Made by a program: the position numbers and the translations under genes. 64,000 nt of DNA. Origin: Promethearchaeota archaeon (GTDB taxonomy: Archaea; Asgardarchaeota; Lokiarchaeia; Sigyniarchaeales; SOKP01). A model generated the notes under the pieces. That model did no database searches. It was not told where the DNA came from and saw nothing but the letters and a program-made list of their open reading frames with translations. Every line of letters starts with the position of its first letter. The stretch's first letter is position 1. Of this stretch, positions 1 through 10,547 are shown piece after piece. The stretch covers positions 32,001-96,000 of the forward strand of contig JAHPZE010000011.1 of assembly GCA_019058365.1 (NCBI GenBank), given 5' to 3'.

Positions 1-144
1 GACAATAATTTTTCAATCATAAACTTTAAATTAAGTGCTGAAAAGGATATTATCTCAGAAGAAATAGAAAAGGAAATTGAATCTAAGAGAATTCATGAGG
101 ATATTGTTGAGGCAACAAAAGTAATTTCTAAAAAATATTTTTAA
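1..144 (+). CDS. 3' end of a gene truncated by the window edge, hypothetical protein
   Basis: Frame +1 is open from base 1 (DNNFSIINFKLSAEKD...ISKKYF) to TAA at 142-144. Confidence 0.6.
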   Translation, partial: DNNFSIINFKLSAEKDIISEEIEKEIESKRIHEDIVEATKVISKKYF

Positions 145-171
145 CTTACATTATTGATTGATTAATGAATT

Positions 172-591
172 ATGGAAAATGTTAACAAAAAAACTGCCAA
201 GAAGGATGGCATTCGTAAATCTATTAGTTTGATCTTTCTGTTAGTTATACTTTTAACTCTTTATTATATTTTAATTAAATTCAGAACAAATCTAATAATT
301 ATCATTCTAGTTATGAGTTTTATTCTTTTAACCTTTTTAGGGCTTATCTTTAAAAATCGGAGAAAAAGATTCTATTCCAGATTGTTCCCCGATAAAGATA
401 AAAGAAAAAATCAAACTTATCGCCAAAGGGAAGAGTTTAAACTAGAAGTAGAACCTCACATACAAAAACTATCAGATATACATCTTAATTTCAAATATCG
501 TAAACCTCTAATTAATAAATGTATTAAGTGCGGAATGATTCTACCGAGTTATGTAAAAAAATGTCCAATATGTGGTACTCCAAATAAGTAA
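172..591 (+). CDS. Membrane protein with C-terminal zinc ribbon
   Basis: Two N-terminal hydrophobic helices; CIKC...CPICG at the C-terminus. Confidence 0.7.
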   Translation: MENVNKKTAKKDGIRKSISLIFLLVILLTLYYILIKFRTNLIIIILVMSFILLTFLGLIFKNRRKRFYSRLFPDKDKRKNQTYRQREEFKLEVEPHIQKLSDIHLNFKYRKPLINKCIKCGMILPSYVKKCPICGTPNK

Positions 592-638
592 TTTAAATGT
601 TAATGAAAAATGAGAAAAATTAGAGAACTGGAAGTTAA

Positions 639-2459
639 TTGATGACATTAGAGGATTCTTCAAAATTTGGTGTAATTACAGCAATTAAAGGTTCATTAAT
701 TGAAGTAAAAGGATTAGAAGATAATATAAAACTTCATGATTTAATTAAAATTACTAAGTATAATATACTAAGTGAAGTTATTCAAATATATTCTAATTAC
801 ATTGTTGCTCAATGTTATGACAATACGCATAAATTAAAACTAAATGATAAAGTTATTAATCTTCAGAGACCATTATCCATGGAGTTAGGTCCTGGATTAA
901 TGGCAAATGTTTTTGATGGGATCCAAAGACCTTTAGATACGATTTTTCAACATTTCAAAGAAGGACAATTAGAGAGGGGAATTGAATTCTCACCATTATC
1001 ACAAACAAAAAAATGGCATTTTATTCCATTAAGAAAGCCAGGTGAAGATGTAAGCAGTGGAGATATTATTGGAACTGTTCAAGAAACTCAAATTATTAAT
1101 CACAAGATAATGATACCACCAGGAATTTTTGGAAAATTATCTTTTATCGTAGAAGAAGGAGATTACTCTATCATTGATGAAATTTATTGCGTAAAAGAAA
1201 ATGATGAAGAAAAATCATATTCTTTAATGCAAAAGTGGGCAATTACTAAAAGGAGGCCCTTCAGTGAGAGAATTAAACCTTATGAACCTCTATTAACGGG
1301 AACACGTATAATTGATTTGCTATTTCCAATAGCAAAAGGAGGAACTTTAGCTATTCCTGGGGGATTTGGAACTGGAAAAACAGTTATTTTACAAACAATT
1401 GCTAAATTTTGTAATGCGGACATCATCGTATATATCGGTTGTGGCGAGCCTGGAAACGAAATTGCTAATCTTTTAAAACAATTCAAAGAAACTTATGATG
1501 CTAAAAATAGAAGACCATTGTTAGAACGCACAATTATTATTGCCAATACTTCAAATATGCCTGTTTCTGCTCGTGATGCAAGTCTTTTTTCAGGAGTAAC
1601 TATTGCAGAGTATTATAGAGATATGGGATATGATGTTGCAGTTCTCGCGGATAGTACCTCAAGATGGGCTGAATCCTTAAGAGAAATCTCCGGATTATTA
1701 GAAGAAATGCCTGCCGAACAAGGATATCCTGCATATTTACCAACAAGACTTTCGAGTTTTTACGAACGAGCTGGAGTTATTAAAACTTTAGGACAAGATC
1801 ATTCTGGAAAAGGAAATATTGGTTCTATAACAATTATAGGATCAATATCACCCCCCGCGGGAGATTTTAATGAACCAGTTACTACAGCTACTATACGGGT
1901 TGTACAAGCATTATTAGCATTAGATAATACTCTATCGTATCAAAAACAATACCCTGCTATTAATTGGTTGAAATCTTATTCAAATTATCCTGATTACATC
2001 TCAGAATGGTGGATCAATACCGATATTTATTGGTCAGAGATAGATATTGATTGGTTAGAATGTCGAAGACAAGTAGATGAAATATTATCAAAAGAAAATG
2101 ATTTAAAATTTATAATTCAATTGATTGGAAAAAAAAATTTGCCAGATGATCAAAAACTTGATCTTTTTATGGCAAAATTAATTCAAAATAGCTTGTTAAT
2201 CCAAAATGCATTTGTAGAAATTGACAATTTTACTGAATATAAAAAATTAATAGGATTAATTAAGATAATTCTTTTATTTTTCAAAGAAGGTAAAATTCTG
2301 TTAAAAAAAGGTTTTAAATTTAATGAGATTAAAGAAGAGGAAGTCTTGAATAGTATTATGAGACTCACACATTCTGTACCAAATGAAGATTTTAACCAAA
2401 TTGAACAATTTAAAAATAGGATGCTAAGTGATTTAATAAAATTGGTTTTTGTAAAATAA
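639..2459 (+). CDS. atpA: A/V-type ATP synthase subunit A paralog (divergent)
   Basis: ELGPGL..VFDGIQRPL, Walker A GGFGTGKT, ADSTSRWAE, EEMPAEQGYPAYL, SPPAGDF, PAINW; the canonical GER motif reads GEP. Confidence 0.9.
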   Translation: MMTLEDSSKFGVITAIKGSLIEVKGLEDNIKLHDLIKITKYNILSEVIQIYSNYIVAQCYDNTHKLKLNDKVINLQRPLSMELGPGLMANVFDGIQRPLDTIFQHFKEGQLERGIEFSPLSQTKKWHFIPLRKPGEDVSSGDIIGTVQETQIINHKIMIPPGIFGKLSFIVEEGDYSIIDEIYCVKENDEEKSYSLMQKWAITKRRPFSERIKPYEPLLTGTRIIDLLFPIAKGGTLAIPGGFGTGKTVILQTIAKFCNADIIVYIGCGEPGNEIANLLKQFKETYDAKNRRPLLERTIIIANTSNMPVSARDASLFSGVTIAEYYRDMGYDVAVLADSTSRWAESLREISGLLEEMPAEQGYPAYLPTRLSSFYERAGVIKTLGQDHSGKGNIGSITIIGSISPPAGDFNEPVTTATIRVVQALLALDNTLSYQKQYPAINWLKSYSNYPDYISEWWINTDIYWSEIDIDWLECRRQVDEILSKENDLKFIIQLIGKKNLPDDQKLDLFMAKLIQNSLLIQNAFVEIDNFTEYKKLIGLIKIILLFFKEGKILLKKGFKFNEIKEEEVLNSIMRLTHSVPNEDFNQIEQFKNRMLSDLIKLVFVK

Positions 2460-2715
2460 CCTAAAAAATGAAAAATAGGAAATCAGAATTTGTTTTGGAA
2501 ATAAATTCTTATAATTCTTATGAAATTAAAAATCTCCTTAAACAAGAATCATAAATTGATGGTATTTTTAACACTATTCTTCTAGTTTTAAATTAAGAAA
2601 TAAGATATAATGTTTTAAAGAAATCATTTCAAAACTTTTAGATGAAAACGGACATATAGAAAAATTTAGAATCTCTTATATATAAATCAATAAGTTAGTA
2701 TTGTTATATATTATT

Positions 2716-3312
2716 TTATGGTTTAAACCACTCAAAGAAATAATAGCTACATGTAAGAGGATTAGCTATTACAAATTTTTTTCTAACAGATGTAGCTAAG
2801 CGACCAGCTCTTACCATATCAATAGCAGTAATTTCAGAATCATGGGGTAAGACATGAACCATGAAAAGGGAATGTTCAAGGCCAGGTCCTTTTTTATATA
2901 CTACAAAATCAGCCCCAAATTTAAGTCCAGGTCTAGGTATGTATCCTTTTTCTCTTAAATCTTTATAAATTACATATTTTTCTTTAAATTTATGATGAAT
3001 CTTAATCGCAATTTCATAAAATGTCTCGGAATTTAAGAATCTTTTATCTTTTATATCATAAATAGTGATTCCATCCTTTTCCAATAAATAATATGCTTCT
3101 ATTAATGATAATTCGCTTGGTTTAGAAAAATATTCTAATCTAGGCTTACTTATTCCTAATGGGGAGCCAAAAAATCCTTTCTTTACATATAAATATGAAG
3201 CATACAAGGGATTAAAAACAACTACTCTTGAATTGACAAATTTAGTAGGGATTTTATCTGGTACTTCGATATCATCAAGAGAGATTTCATCATCCTTTAC
3301 TTGGTTCATCAT
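2716..3312 (-). CDS. endA: tRNA-splicing endonuclease
   Basis: LSLIEAYYL, YKDLREKGY, GLKFGADFVVY, PGLEHS, RLATSVRKK (catalytic Tyr/His/Lys present). Confidence 0.92.
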   Translation of the reverse strand: MMNQVKDDEISLDDIEVPDKIPTKFVNSRVVVFNPLYASYLYVKKGFFGSPLGISKPRLEYFSKPSELSLIEAYYLLEKDGITIYDIKDKRFLNSETFYEIAIKIHHKFKEKYVIYKDLREKGYIPRPGLKFGADFVVYKKGPGLEHSLFMVHVLPHDSEITAIDMVRAGRLATSVRKKFVIANPLTCSYYFFEWFKP

Positions 3313-3431
3313 TAAAGAGGTATTAAAACTAACTTAATAATTCTTTTAAATTTACAATTAGTAGATGACATTATATAATTTTCAATATTAATAATTTTAA
3401 TAGTATAACAAAAAATACGCGTGTTAAAAAA

Positions 3432-4316
3432 ATGGTTATTAGACGAGCTGCTGTTGCGGGTAGCTTTTACCCCCGCTATAAACCAGATTTAATTAATATA
3501 TTAAAAGAATCTTTTACAAATACGGAGTTTGGACCGGGTCAAGAACCAAAGACTTTAAATCAAGAGCAAAGATCTATAATAGGCGGAGTATCTCCTCATG
3601 CTGGATATCTCTACTCAGGGTGTGCTGCAGCATTTACTTTTCTAAATTTGTTCTTAGAAAGAATACCCGATACTGTTATAGTTTTAGGTACAGATCATAT
3701 TGGTTATGGAAAAGTCGCGTTAATGGATGAGGGAGAGTGGGAGACACCTCTAGGAAATATGCATATTGATAAAGAATTATCTGAGAAAATAATAGATAAT
3801 AGTAAAATAATTATTAATGATGAGTCAGCATTCATTGGACATCCTTTTGGAAGAGAACATAATATAGAAGTACAATTACCATTTATTAAATACTGTGCTC
3901 AAGAAAAAGAAGTTAAATTTATTCCAATAATAGTATCTGTTAAAGATTTTAATAAATTGAGCAAATTATCAAACGATATTGCAAAAGCAATTAAATCTTA
4001 TGACAAGGATGTTGTAATTGTTGCTTCTTCTGATATGACTCATAAAGAGGTCTATGATTCAAAACAATTAGAAAAATTCAAGGAAATAGATCAACAAGTT
4101 ATTGATGCTTTTATTGCATTTAATCCAGAAAAAACACTTGAGGCTGCTTCAAAAACAACAGTATGTGGTTCTCAAACAATAACTTCTTTAATGATGATAG
4201 CTAAAAACTTAAATGCACGTAAAGGGAAATTATTGAAATATTATACAAGTGCTGAAAAAACTGGAAACATAAGTGGGTATTGTGTCGGTTATTTTTCAGG
4301 AGTGTTAATGAAATAA
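3432..4316 (+). CDS. MEMO1 family protein (AmmeMemoRadiSam protein B)
   Basis: RRAAVAGSFYP, PHAGYLYSG, WETPLG, EHNIEVQLPF, ASSDMTH, TVCG, VGY. Confidence 0.92.
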   Translation: MVIRRAAVAGSFYPRYKPDLINILKESFTNTEFGPGQEPKTLNQEQRSIIGGVSPHAGYLYSGCAAAFTFLNLFLERIPDTVIVLGTDHIGYGKVALMDEGEWETPLGNMHIDKELSEKIIDNSKIIINDESAFIGHPFGREHNIEVQLPFIKYCAQEKEVKFIPIIVSVKDFNKLSKLSNDIAKAIKSYDKDVVIVASSDMTHKEVYDSKQLEKFKEIDQQVIDAFIAFNPEKTLEAASKTTVCGSQTITSLMMIAKNLNARKGKLLKYYTSAEKTGNISGYCVGYFSGVLMK

Positions 4317-4364
4317 ATCACATAAACAATACAAAAATTAGAGTAAAAAAAGTTTTGAAGTAAA

Positions 4365-5492
4365 ATGCCAGAAAATAATGAAAAGGTTGAGGATTTCATA
4401 AGCTTGTGGAGAAAAAAGATGGAAAGTGAAATCAAAAAACCTAGTGCCATCGGAGAAACAATAGATAGAATTAAGGAAATAGAAGAAGAGAATGAACAAC
4501 TGAGAAATAAAATTAAAGAGAATATAAATTTAATAAGTAAAACAGAAAAAATTGTTAAAAATACTATTGATGAGAACGCGAGACTGAAAGAACAGTTAAA
4601 ACAAGTAGGGATGAGCGGTGGAATAAATATAGGTGATATTCAACAAGAAAATATTAAACTTAATAATCAAATAATCAGATTAGAAAAAAACCTCACTGAA
4701 AAAGAAGTAGAATTAAGAGCAAGAAATCATGAAATTACTGAATTAAAAACTAAATTAGAAGTAGCCTTAAAGACATCTCAATCTATTAGCATTTCTACCC
4801 CTGAAACCGATTCTACAGTAACCACAGAGTTGATTGATAATTTGAAATCCGAATTATCGAAAAAGAAATCTCAAATTGATGAATTAGATAAGAAAATTGA
4901 TGAATTAATACAAGAAAATGACGCATTAAATGAACAATTGATAGAAAAAATGAAAACATTACCGATAGATTATGTTGTTCCAGTAGAGCCACCAAAATCA
5001 TCGGTGATAAAACCTCAATCGGACCAGCCCTCATCGCAAACATTAGAAACTTTATGTCAAGATCTTCAATCAGATTTAACCAAGTATAAGCGAATGGTGG
5101 ACAAATTAAGTAAAGAAAAATCTGAACTTCAAGTAGCAATTGAAAGTGGAGGATTCAAATTAGAGCCAGATGAGATAAAAGAACTTAAGAGTGAGAATGA
5201 GGAACTAAAAAATGAACTTTCTCAAATACAAAAATCTCTGAGAGAGAAATCAGAGGAATCTGCTTTAACACCCCAGATGAATGAACTTGAAAAAAAAATC
5301 TCTGAAATTCGAGAGCAATTAAATCAGAAGGATCACTTGATAGCAGAATTAAAAGCAATGGAGAAACCACTACCGATAATTCACAAAGGACCTATGTCGG
5401 ATTTAGTAGAAGATTTGCAAAATAAAATAAATAAGTTAAAAATAACAATAGATGAAAAAGATAAAATAATTGAACAATTAAAATCATCATAA
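4365..5492 (+). CDS. Long coiled-coil protein of unknown function
   Basis: E/K/L/Q-rich heptad segments separated by Pro/Ser linkers. Confidence 0.7.
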   Translation: MPENNEKVEDFISLWRKKMESEIKKPSAIGETIDRIKEIEEENEQLRNKIKENINLISKTEKIVKNTIDENARLKEQLKQVGMSGGINIGDIQQENIKLNNQIIRLEKNLTEKEVELRARNHEITELKTKLEVALKTSQSISISTPETDSTVTTELIDNLKSELSKKKSQIDELDKKIDELIQENDALNEQLIEKMKTLPIDYVVPVEPPKSSVIKPQSDQPSSQTLETLCQDLQSDLTKYKRMVDKLSKEKSELQVAIESGGFKLEPDEIKELKSENEELKNELSQIQKSLREKSEESALTPQMNELEKKISEIREQLNQKDHLIAELKAMEKPLPIIHKGPMSDLVEDLQNKINKLKITIDEKDKIIEQLKSS

Positions 5493-6476
5493 ATGAAAAC
5501 CTATAATAAAAATCATCCCTCCATAATTTTTGCTGGCTCTTTCTCGATTGATCATATAATACGTTTTAAACGCTTGAATAAGCCCAGTCTTGGAGGAAGC
5601 GTATCATACTGCTCCTTAGCACTTAGTTATTATACCCAAGATGCTAAAATTGGCATAATTTCACATATAGGCAAAATAAATTTAAAAAATTCCCTATTAG
5701 ATAAAATACAGAATAAAAATATTGATTTAAAAGGAATTAAATACTCTCATGTAAAAAATACGAATTTCGTATTAGATTATTTTGATCATGCAAGAACATT
5801 AACGCTAAAATCTAAAAGCCCCAATCTTAAGTTTAGCGATATTCCATCAGAATATCTTAAATATCCTCCAGATGTATTTGTACTTGTTCCATTATGTAAT
5901 GAAATTTCAATTGAATATGTGACTCAAATTTTAAAAAAATTTCCCGATACTTATATCGGTATAGATTTACAAGGTTTTATTAGAAAAATTGATGAAAATG
6001 GCAAAGTGGCATATATTCATGACAATGAAATCATCTCTAATATGAAAAGAATTATTAATATAATTGGAGACAAGTTGATATTGAAAGGTTCAGAGGAAGA
6101 AATGAGTCTACTTGCCGGAATTTGTAATAATTTTGATAAGGTTATGACTCACTGTAATGAATATAATAATAACGGAATTTACATTATGACATTAGGAGAA
6201 AAAGGGTCTATGCTCACTAAAAAAGGAGAAAAAATCTTAAAAATTCCTGCATTTAAACCCCGGAGAGTTATAGATGAAACTGGGGCAGGAGATGTGTACC
6301 TTTCAATCTTTTTATTTGAATTTATGCATTCTGATAAATCTTGGAAATCTGTCGAAAAAGCTGCTTATTTTGCATCAGCAGCAGCTTCCTTTTTAGTAGA
6401 AAAAAAAGGACCCTCTGGTTTTGAAACGAAAAAAGCAGTTTTGAAAAGGTTAGAGAAAAAAAGATATATCAATTAA
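5493..6476 (+). CDS. PfkB family carbohydrate kinase
   Basis: N-terminal LGG, IDLQGFIR, TLGEKGS, signature DETGAGD. Confidence 0.88.
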   Translation: MKTYNKNHPSIIFAGSFSIDHIIRFKRLNKPSLGGSVSYCSLALSYYTQDAKIGIISHIGKINLKNSLLDKIQNKNIDLKGIKYSHVKNTNFVLDYFDHARTLTLKSKSPNLKFSDIPSEYLKYPPDVFVLVPLCNEISIEYVTQILKKFPDTYIGIDLQGFIRKIDENGKVAYIHDNEIISNMKRIINIIGDKLILKGSEEEMSLLAGICNNFDKVMTHCNEYNNNGIYIMTLGEKGSMLTKKGEKILKIPAFKPRRVIDETGAGDVYLSIFLFEFMHSDKSWKSVEKAAYFASAAASFLVEKKGPSGFETKKAVLKRLEKKRYIN

Positions 6477-6503
6477 ATAATAAACTCTAATTAATAATGT
6501 ATT

Positions 6504-7097
6504 ATGCATATTAATAGTCATTTTTCAATAGGAGTGATATTTGCTTCGATTCTAAACTATTATTTCAATTTTAATTTACTTGATTTTTCAATTATTATTT
6601 TATTTTCATTTATATGTGATTTCGATGTATTTTTTTCGAAATACGCAAAAGATTACAATCATAGACTTTTAATTAGTCACTCAATAATTCCAAGTATAAT
6701 AATAATACTTTTGGGATATTTAATGAATTGGATAGTACTAATTATTGGTGGTATTAATTATTTTATTCATATAATTATTGATACTATTGATTGGGGCACA
6801 AATTTATTTTATTTTCAAAAAAAACAAATTGGTTTAAAATTATTACTTACTAAGGAAGAAAATAAAAATTTGCCTAAATATTTAGCCAGATATAAAGATC
6901 CTGCATCATTTTTCGATGAAAAATATTATAATAGTAAGATATGCTTAACAATAGAAGTTATTCTATTTATTTTGATGGTAGTATTTATCTTCTTATTCGC
7001 TGTCCAATATAGTTTTATGCTCCTATTATATTTTCTTGGTTTATATTTTCATTTAAATCGTCATTTTACCTTAAAAAAAAATGAGAAAAATAATTAA
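6504..7097 (+). CDS. Membrane-bound putative metal-dependent hydrolase (YdjM-like)
   Basis: MH..SH, D.D, HR..SHS, HIIID motifs within TM helices. Confidence 0.7.
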   Translation: MHINSHFSIGVIFASILNYYFNFNLLDFSIIILFSFICDFDVFFSKYAKDYNHRLLISHSIIPSIIIILLGYLMNWIVLIIGGINYFIHIIIDTIDWGTNLFYFQKKQIGLKLLLTKEENKNLPKYLARYKDPASFFDEKYYNSKICLTIEVILFILMVVFIFLFAVQYSFMLLLYFLGLYFHLNRHFTLKKNEKNN

Positions 7098-7194
7098 AAA
7101 TCTAACTTTTAATTGATAACTAAAAGATTTTTGTAAAACATTTAATTATTTACTCTAAAGTAGATAAAAATTATCGTCTTTTAAGCTGATACTG

Positions 7195-7710
7195 TTGAAT
7201 GAGAATGAGACAAAAATATTTAATTGTGATTTAAATGATACTAATTTATTTAATTGTATTCTTGAAGAATTAAATGAAGAGGATCTGAACATCTTATCAA
7301 CTAACGCTCCAATAGTACATGATAAGAAACTTATTAATTGTTTAAACGCAACTTTAGTTAATTGTTTAAGAAACAATCGAGAAGAATTAGAATTCCCGCA
7401 AGTTCAATTACACATTGTAAAAAATAAAAGTAATGATTGGATAATTGATCAAATTAATATTATAGTTAATAAGCTATTTGATGATGCTATAATTTATCAA
7501 AAAGTGAACCAATGCCTAAAATTCGTTAAAAATGCTTGCAAAATCGATGAATCTATTCAATTCTCTATTATTCAATCAGAAATTAAGGAAGAACTAAAGT
7601 TTTATAAAATTAAATTAACTGAAATAGATCAATTACTTCATGAACTTAAAGATGATAATTCAAAGCAAGAGAAATTATTCTCACTTTTTAAAAATATGAA
7701 TACTAAATAA
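7195..7710 (+). CDS. Hypothetical protein
   Basis: 171-aa ORF co-oriented with its neighbours; no recognised motif. Confidence 0.55.
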   Translation: MNENETKIFNCDLNDTNLFNCILEELNEEDLNILSTNAPIVHDKKLINCLNATLVNCLRNNREELEFPQVQLHIVKNKSNDWIIDQINIIVNKLFDDAIIYQKVNQCLKFVKNACKIDESIQFSIIQSEIKEELKFYKIKLTEIDQLLHELKDDNSKQEKLFSLFKNMNTK

Positions 7711-7722
7711 TTTATTAACCCG

Positions 7723-8199
7723 ATGTTGATTGTTTTGGATGAAATGAAAACTAAAGTTGGATTAAAATTAGATGAATTTGAGTCTCAAATGATCTTTAAA
7801 TGTGATTTAGGTATTATGAAAGTTAAAGATTGTTATATTGATGAGGAACATCATAAGGAAGTTGATATGTTGGGACCTAATCCATCAAGGATGCTAGCAA
7901 TAGCTGTGTTAGGTTGTTTGAGTGCAAGTTTTATATTTTGTTTAAAAAAAAGAGACTTTAAGGTCGATGACTTTAAAGCTGAAGCAGAGGTTACAATTGC
8001 CAGAAATGAAAAAGGTTTCTTGAGAATTCAAAAAATTGATGTTAACATTGAACCAAAAATAGAAGATCCAGAAACACTTAAAAGAGCAAAACAATGTTTA
8101 AAATCTGCGAAAGATGGAGTAAGTTTTTTTGAACAATATTGTTTAGTAACACAGTCCGTACGTGCTGGTATCGAAGTAAATGTTAATATTGATATTTAA
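7723..8199 (+). CDS. OsmC/Ohr family protein
   Basis: GPNPSRMLA..VLGCL; second Cys in FEQYCLVTQSV. Confidence 0.82.
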   Translation: MLIVLDEMKTKVGLKLDEFESQMIFKCDLGIMKVKDCYIDEEHHKEVDMLGPNPSRMLAIAVLGCLSASFIFCLKKRDFKVDDFKAEAEVTIARNEKGFLRIQKIDVNIEPKIEDPETLKRAKQCLKSAKDGVSFFEQYCLVTQSVRAGIEVNVNIDI

Positions 8200-8230
8200 T
8201 CAAATTTTTTTTTTCTTATGGTGATAAAAA

Positions 8231-8668
8231 TTGTCAAATGAATATATATCTGAAGTTGGCATAAAACTAGAAGAAGGAATGATATTTAAGTGCGATCTTG
8301 GTAAAATTAAGATGAATGATCTATTTATTGATGATCAAAATAAAAAATCAATTGACAAAATTGGACCCAATCCATCAAAGTTACTAGCATTATCTGTTTT
8401 GGGGTGTTTAGCTGGTAGTTTTACGTTTTGTTTACAAAAGAAAAACATTTCATTATCCGATATCGAAGGTAAGGCAATTATTACTAGTAAACGGAATGAA
8501 AAAGGATTTTGGAGACTTAAGAAAATCGATATTATATTAAACCCAAATATTGATAATCCTCAAATGCGTAAAAGAGCAGATCAATGTCAAAAAAGCTTTG
8601 AGCAGTTTTGTGTCATCTCAGAGTCTATACGAGAAGGCATTGACATAAATATTAATATTAATTATTAA
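8231..8668 (+). CDS. OsmC/Ohr family protein (tandem paralog)
   Basis: GPNPSKLLA..VLGCL; FEQFCVISESI. Confidence 0.82.
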   Translation: MSNEYISEVGIKLEEGMIFKCDLGKIKMNDLFIDDQNKKSIDKIGPNPSKLLALSVLGCLAGSFTFCLQKKNISLSDIEGKAIITSKRNEKGFWRLKKIDIILNPNIDNPQMRKRADQCQKSFEQFCVISESIREGIDINININY

Positions 8669-8681
8669 TCTTCTATAGAAA

Positions 8682-9680
8682 TTAATCTCTTATACCATCC
8701 TCCGTAATCGAAAATATTGTATCACTTTCAGGAATATTTGGCGCGTCTACCACTTTAGCTACCCTTTGTTCACCTTTTCCTTTTCTCAAGAATATTCTTA
8801 TCGTCGCACCATGCGCAACAACGTGTCCCCCCGTATGCGTTAAAGGATTACCATAAAATACATCTGGTTTAGCAGATACCTGATTTGTAAATACTACTGC
8901 TAACTCATCATAAATTTCAGTTAATCTTAATAAATCGTGTATATGCGTATTTATAATTTGTTGACGCTCTGCTAGAGTTCCTCTACCAATATATTCACTA
9001 CGAAAGTGGCCAATAAGTGAATCAACTATAATTAATTTTATATTTCTTTCTCCTATGATTTTTGGAGCTTCTTTAGCTAATAAAATTTGATGATTACTAT
9101 TATAAGCTCTCCCAATGGTCACATTTTTCAAAATTAAATTATGATCTAAATCTTTTGCAACTGCCATTTGAATTAATCTTTCTGGTCTAAAGGTTCCTTC
9201 TGTGTCAATATATAAAGCTCCACCTTCCAGACCTCCTTCTTCATAAGATAATTGTACATTAACACATAACTGATGAGCTAACTGTGTTTTTCCAGTTCGA
9301 TATTCCCCAAAAAGTTCTGTAACTGCTCCTGGTTCGATTCCCCCCATCAATAAATCATCAAAATTTTGACTACCAGTGGTTAATTTATTTAATGTTTTCC
9401 TTTTTTCCCATATTATGTCAGCAGATTTAAATCCCATTTTTTCAATATCTTGCGCTACTTTAATTATTTTTTCTGCAGTCTTTTCACCAATTCCTACTTC
9501 ATCCATTAATTTTTTCAATGGATACATCGCTAGAGTTCTAATTGATAAAATTCCTGCTTCTAACAATTTTTTTACTGTTGCGTCACCGACACCCGGTAAA
9601 TCTTTTAAGCCATAGGAAGGTTTTGATTCAAAACTTTCATTTTCCTTTGGATTATCGGATTGATCTTTCTTTTTTGCCAT
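8682..9680 (-). CDS. radA: DNA repair and recombination protein RadA
   Basis: N-terminal HhH LPGVG, GEYRTGKTQ, YIDTEGTFRPER, VDSL..HFRSEY.GRG.LAERQQ, TNQV. Confidence 0.95.
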   Translation of the reverse strand: MAKKKDQSDNPKENESFESKPSYGLKDLPGVGDATVKKLLEAGILSIRTLAMYPLKKLMDEVGIGEKTAEKIIKVAQDIEKMGFKSADIIWEKRKTLNKLTTGSQNFDDLLMGGIEPGAVTELFGEYRTGKTQLAHQLCVNVQLSYEEGGLEGGALYIDTEGTFRPERLIQMAVAKDLDHNLILKNVTIGRAYNSNHQILLAKEAPKIIGERNIKLIIVDSLIGHFRSEYIGRGTLAERQQIINTHIHDLLRLTEIYDELAVVFTNQVSAKPDVFYGNPLTHTGGHVVAHGATIRIFLRKGKGEQRVAKVVDAPNIPESDTIFSITEDGIRD

Positions 9681-9779
9681 TATATTATCCTAAATCTAAA
9701 ATCTTATATGAATTCCTTATAATACAGATATAAAAATAATAATAAAAAGTTATTAGAAGAATAAAAAATTTGAGTTATT

Positions 9780-10442
9780 TTATTTTGTCTCCTTTCCGCG
9801 AGTAATTAAAAGCATAATAATAAATAAGATCACTGAAAATAAAAATGTCAATAACCCTACAGGGGTGGTAGTACCCCCAATCCACACGTAATCCAAATAA
9901 AGAAAGGGAACAACGAATATAGCAATAAATACGATAATAATAGGCAATGGGATCTCTTCATCTTTAATATCTAAGATTAAGGGAACGATTACTAAAGATA
10001 TTAATATCGTGGCAACTATTTTAAAAGCTAAAGCCATTGATGGTTCTGCTAAATGAACATTAGGTAACCAGAAAAACCAAAATTTTTGAATAGGAAGTGC
10101 CTGTAAGGAAGTGTTAGTTTCTGGGATAATTGCACTTATAATCAATTGTATTAAAACTCCAAGAGCGAGATACAATAATATTTCGTTTATTTCTTTATCT
10201 TTTTTACGGTATACCCCTATTGTATCACGAAGTATTGTGACTATCCATAGAATAAAAAGAAGGATATAAGCGAAAACTGGGTCCCCTCCTATCGCCCAAA
10301 AATAATTAACCGGTATCACAGCCACAATATAAGCTAAATAACCGTAATTCTCATTTCTACCGAATAAATCAAAAACTAAAAATATTAGATATATAATACT
10401 TAATGTTATCAAAATTATTATAGTGCTTAAGTCAAACGCCAT
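9780..10442 (-). CDS. Integral membrane protein
   Basis: About 7 hydrophobic helices. Confidence 0.7.
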   Translation of the reverse strand: MAFDLSTIIILITLSIIYLIFLVFDLFGRNENYGYLAYIVAVIPVNYFWAIGGDPVFAYILLFILWIVTILRDTIGVYRKKDKEINEILLYLALGVLIQLIISAIIPETNTSLQALPIQKFWFFWLPNVHLAEPSMALAFKIVATILISLVIVPLILDIKDEEIPLPIIIVFIAIFVVPFLYLDYVWIGGTTTPVGLLTFLFSVILFIIMLLITRGKETK

Positions 10443-10547
10443 GATTATATCAACTTTTTTTTTGCTTCTAAAGTTATTTTTATATTATTATATAATTGAT
10501 TCTATTTATTTTAAATTTTAATTCCTTATTAGACATAAAATATAATT

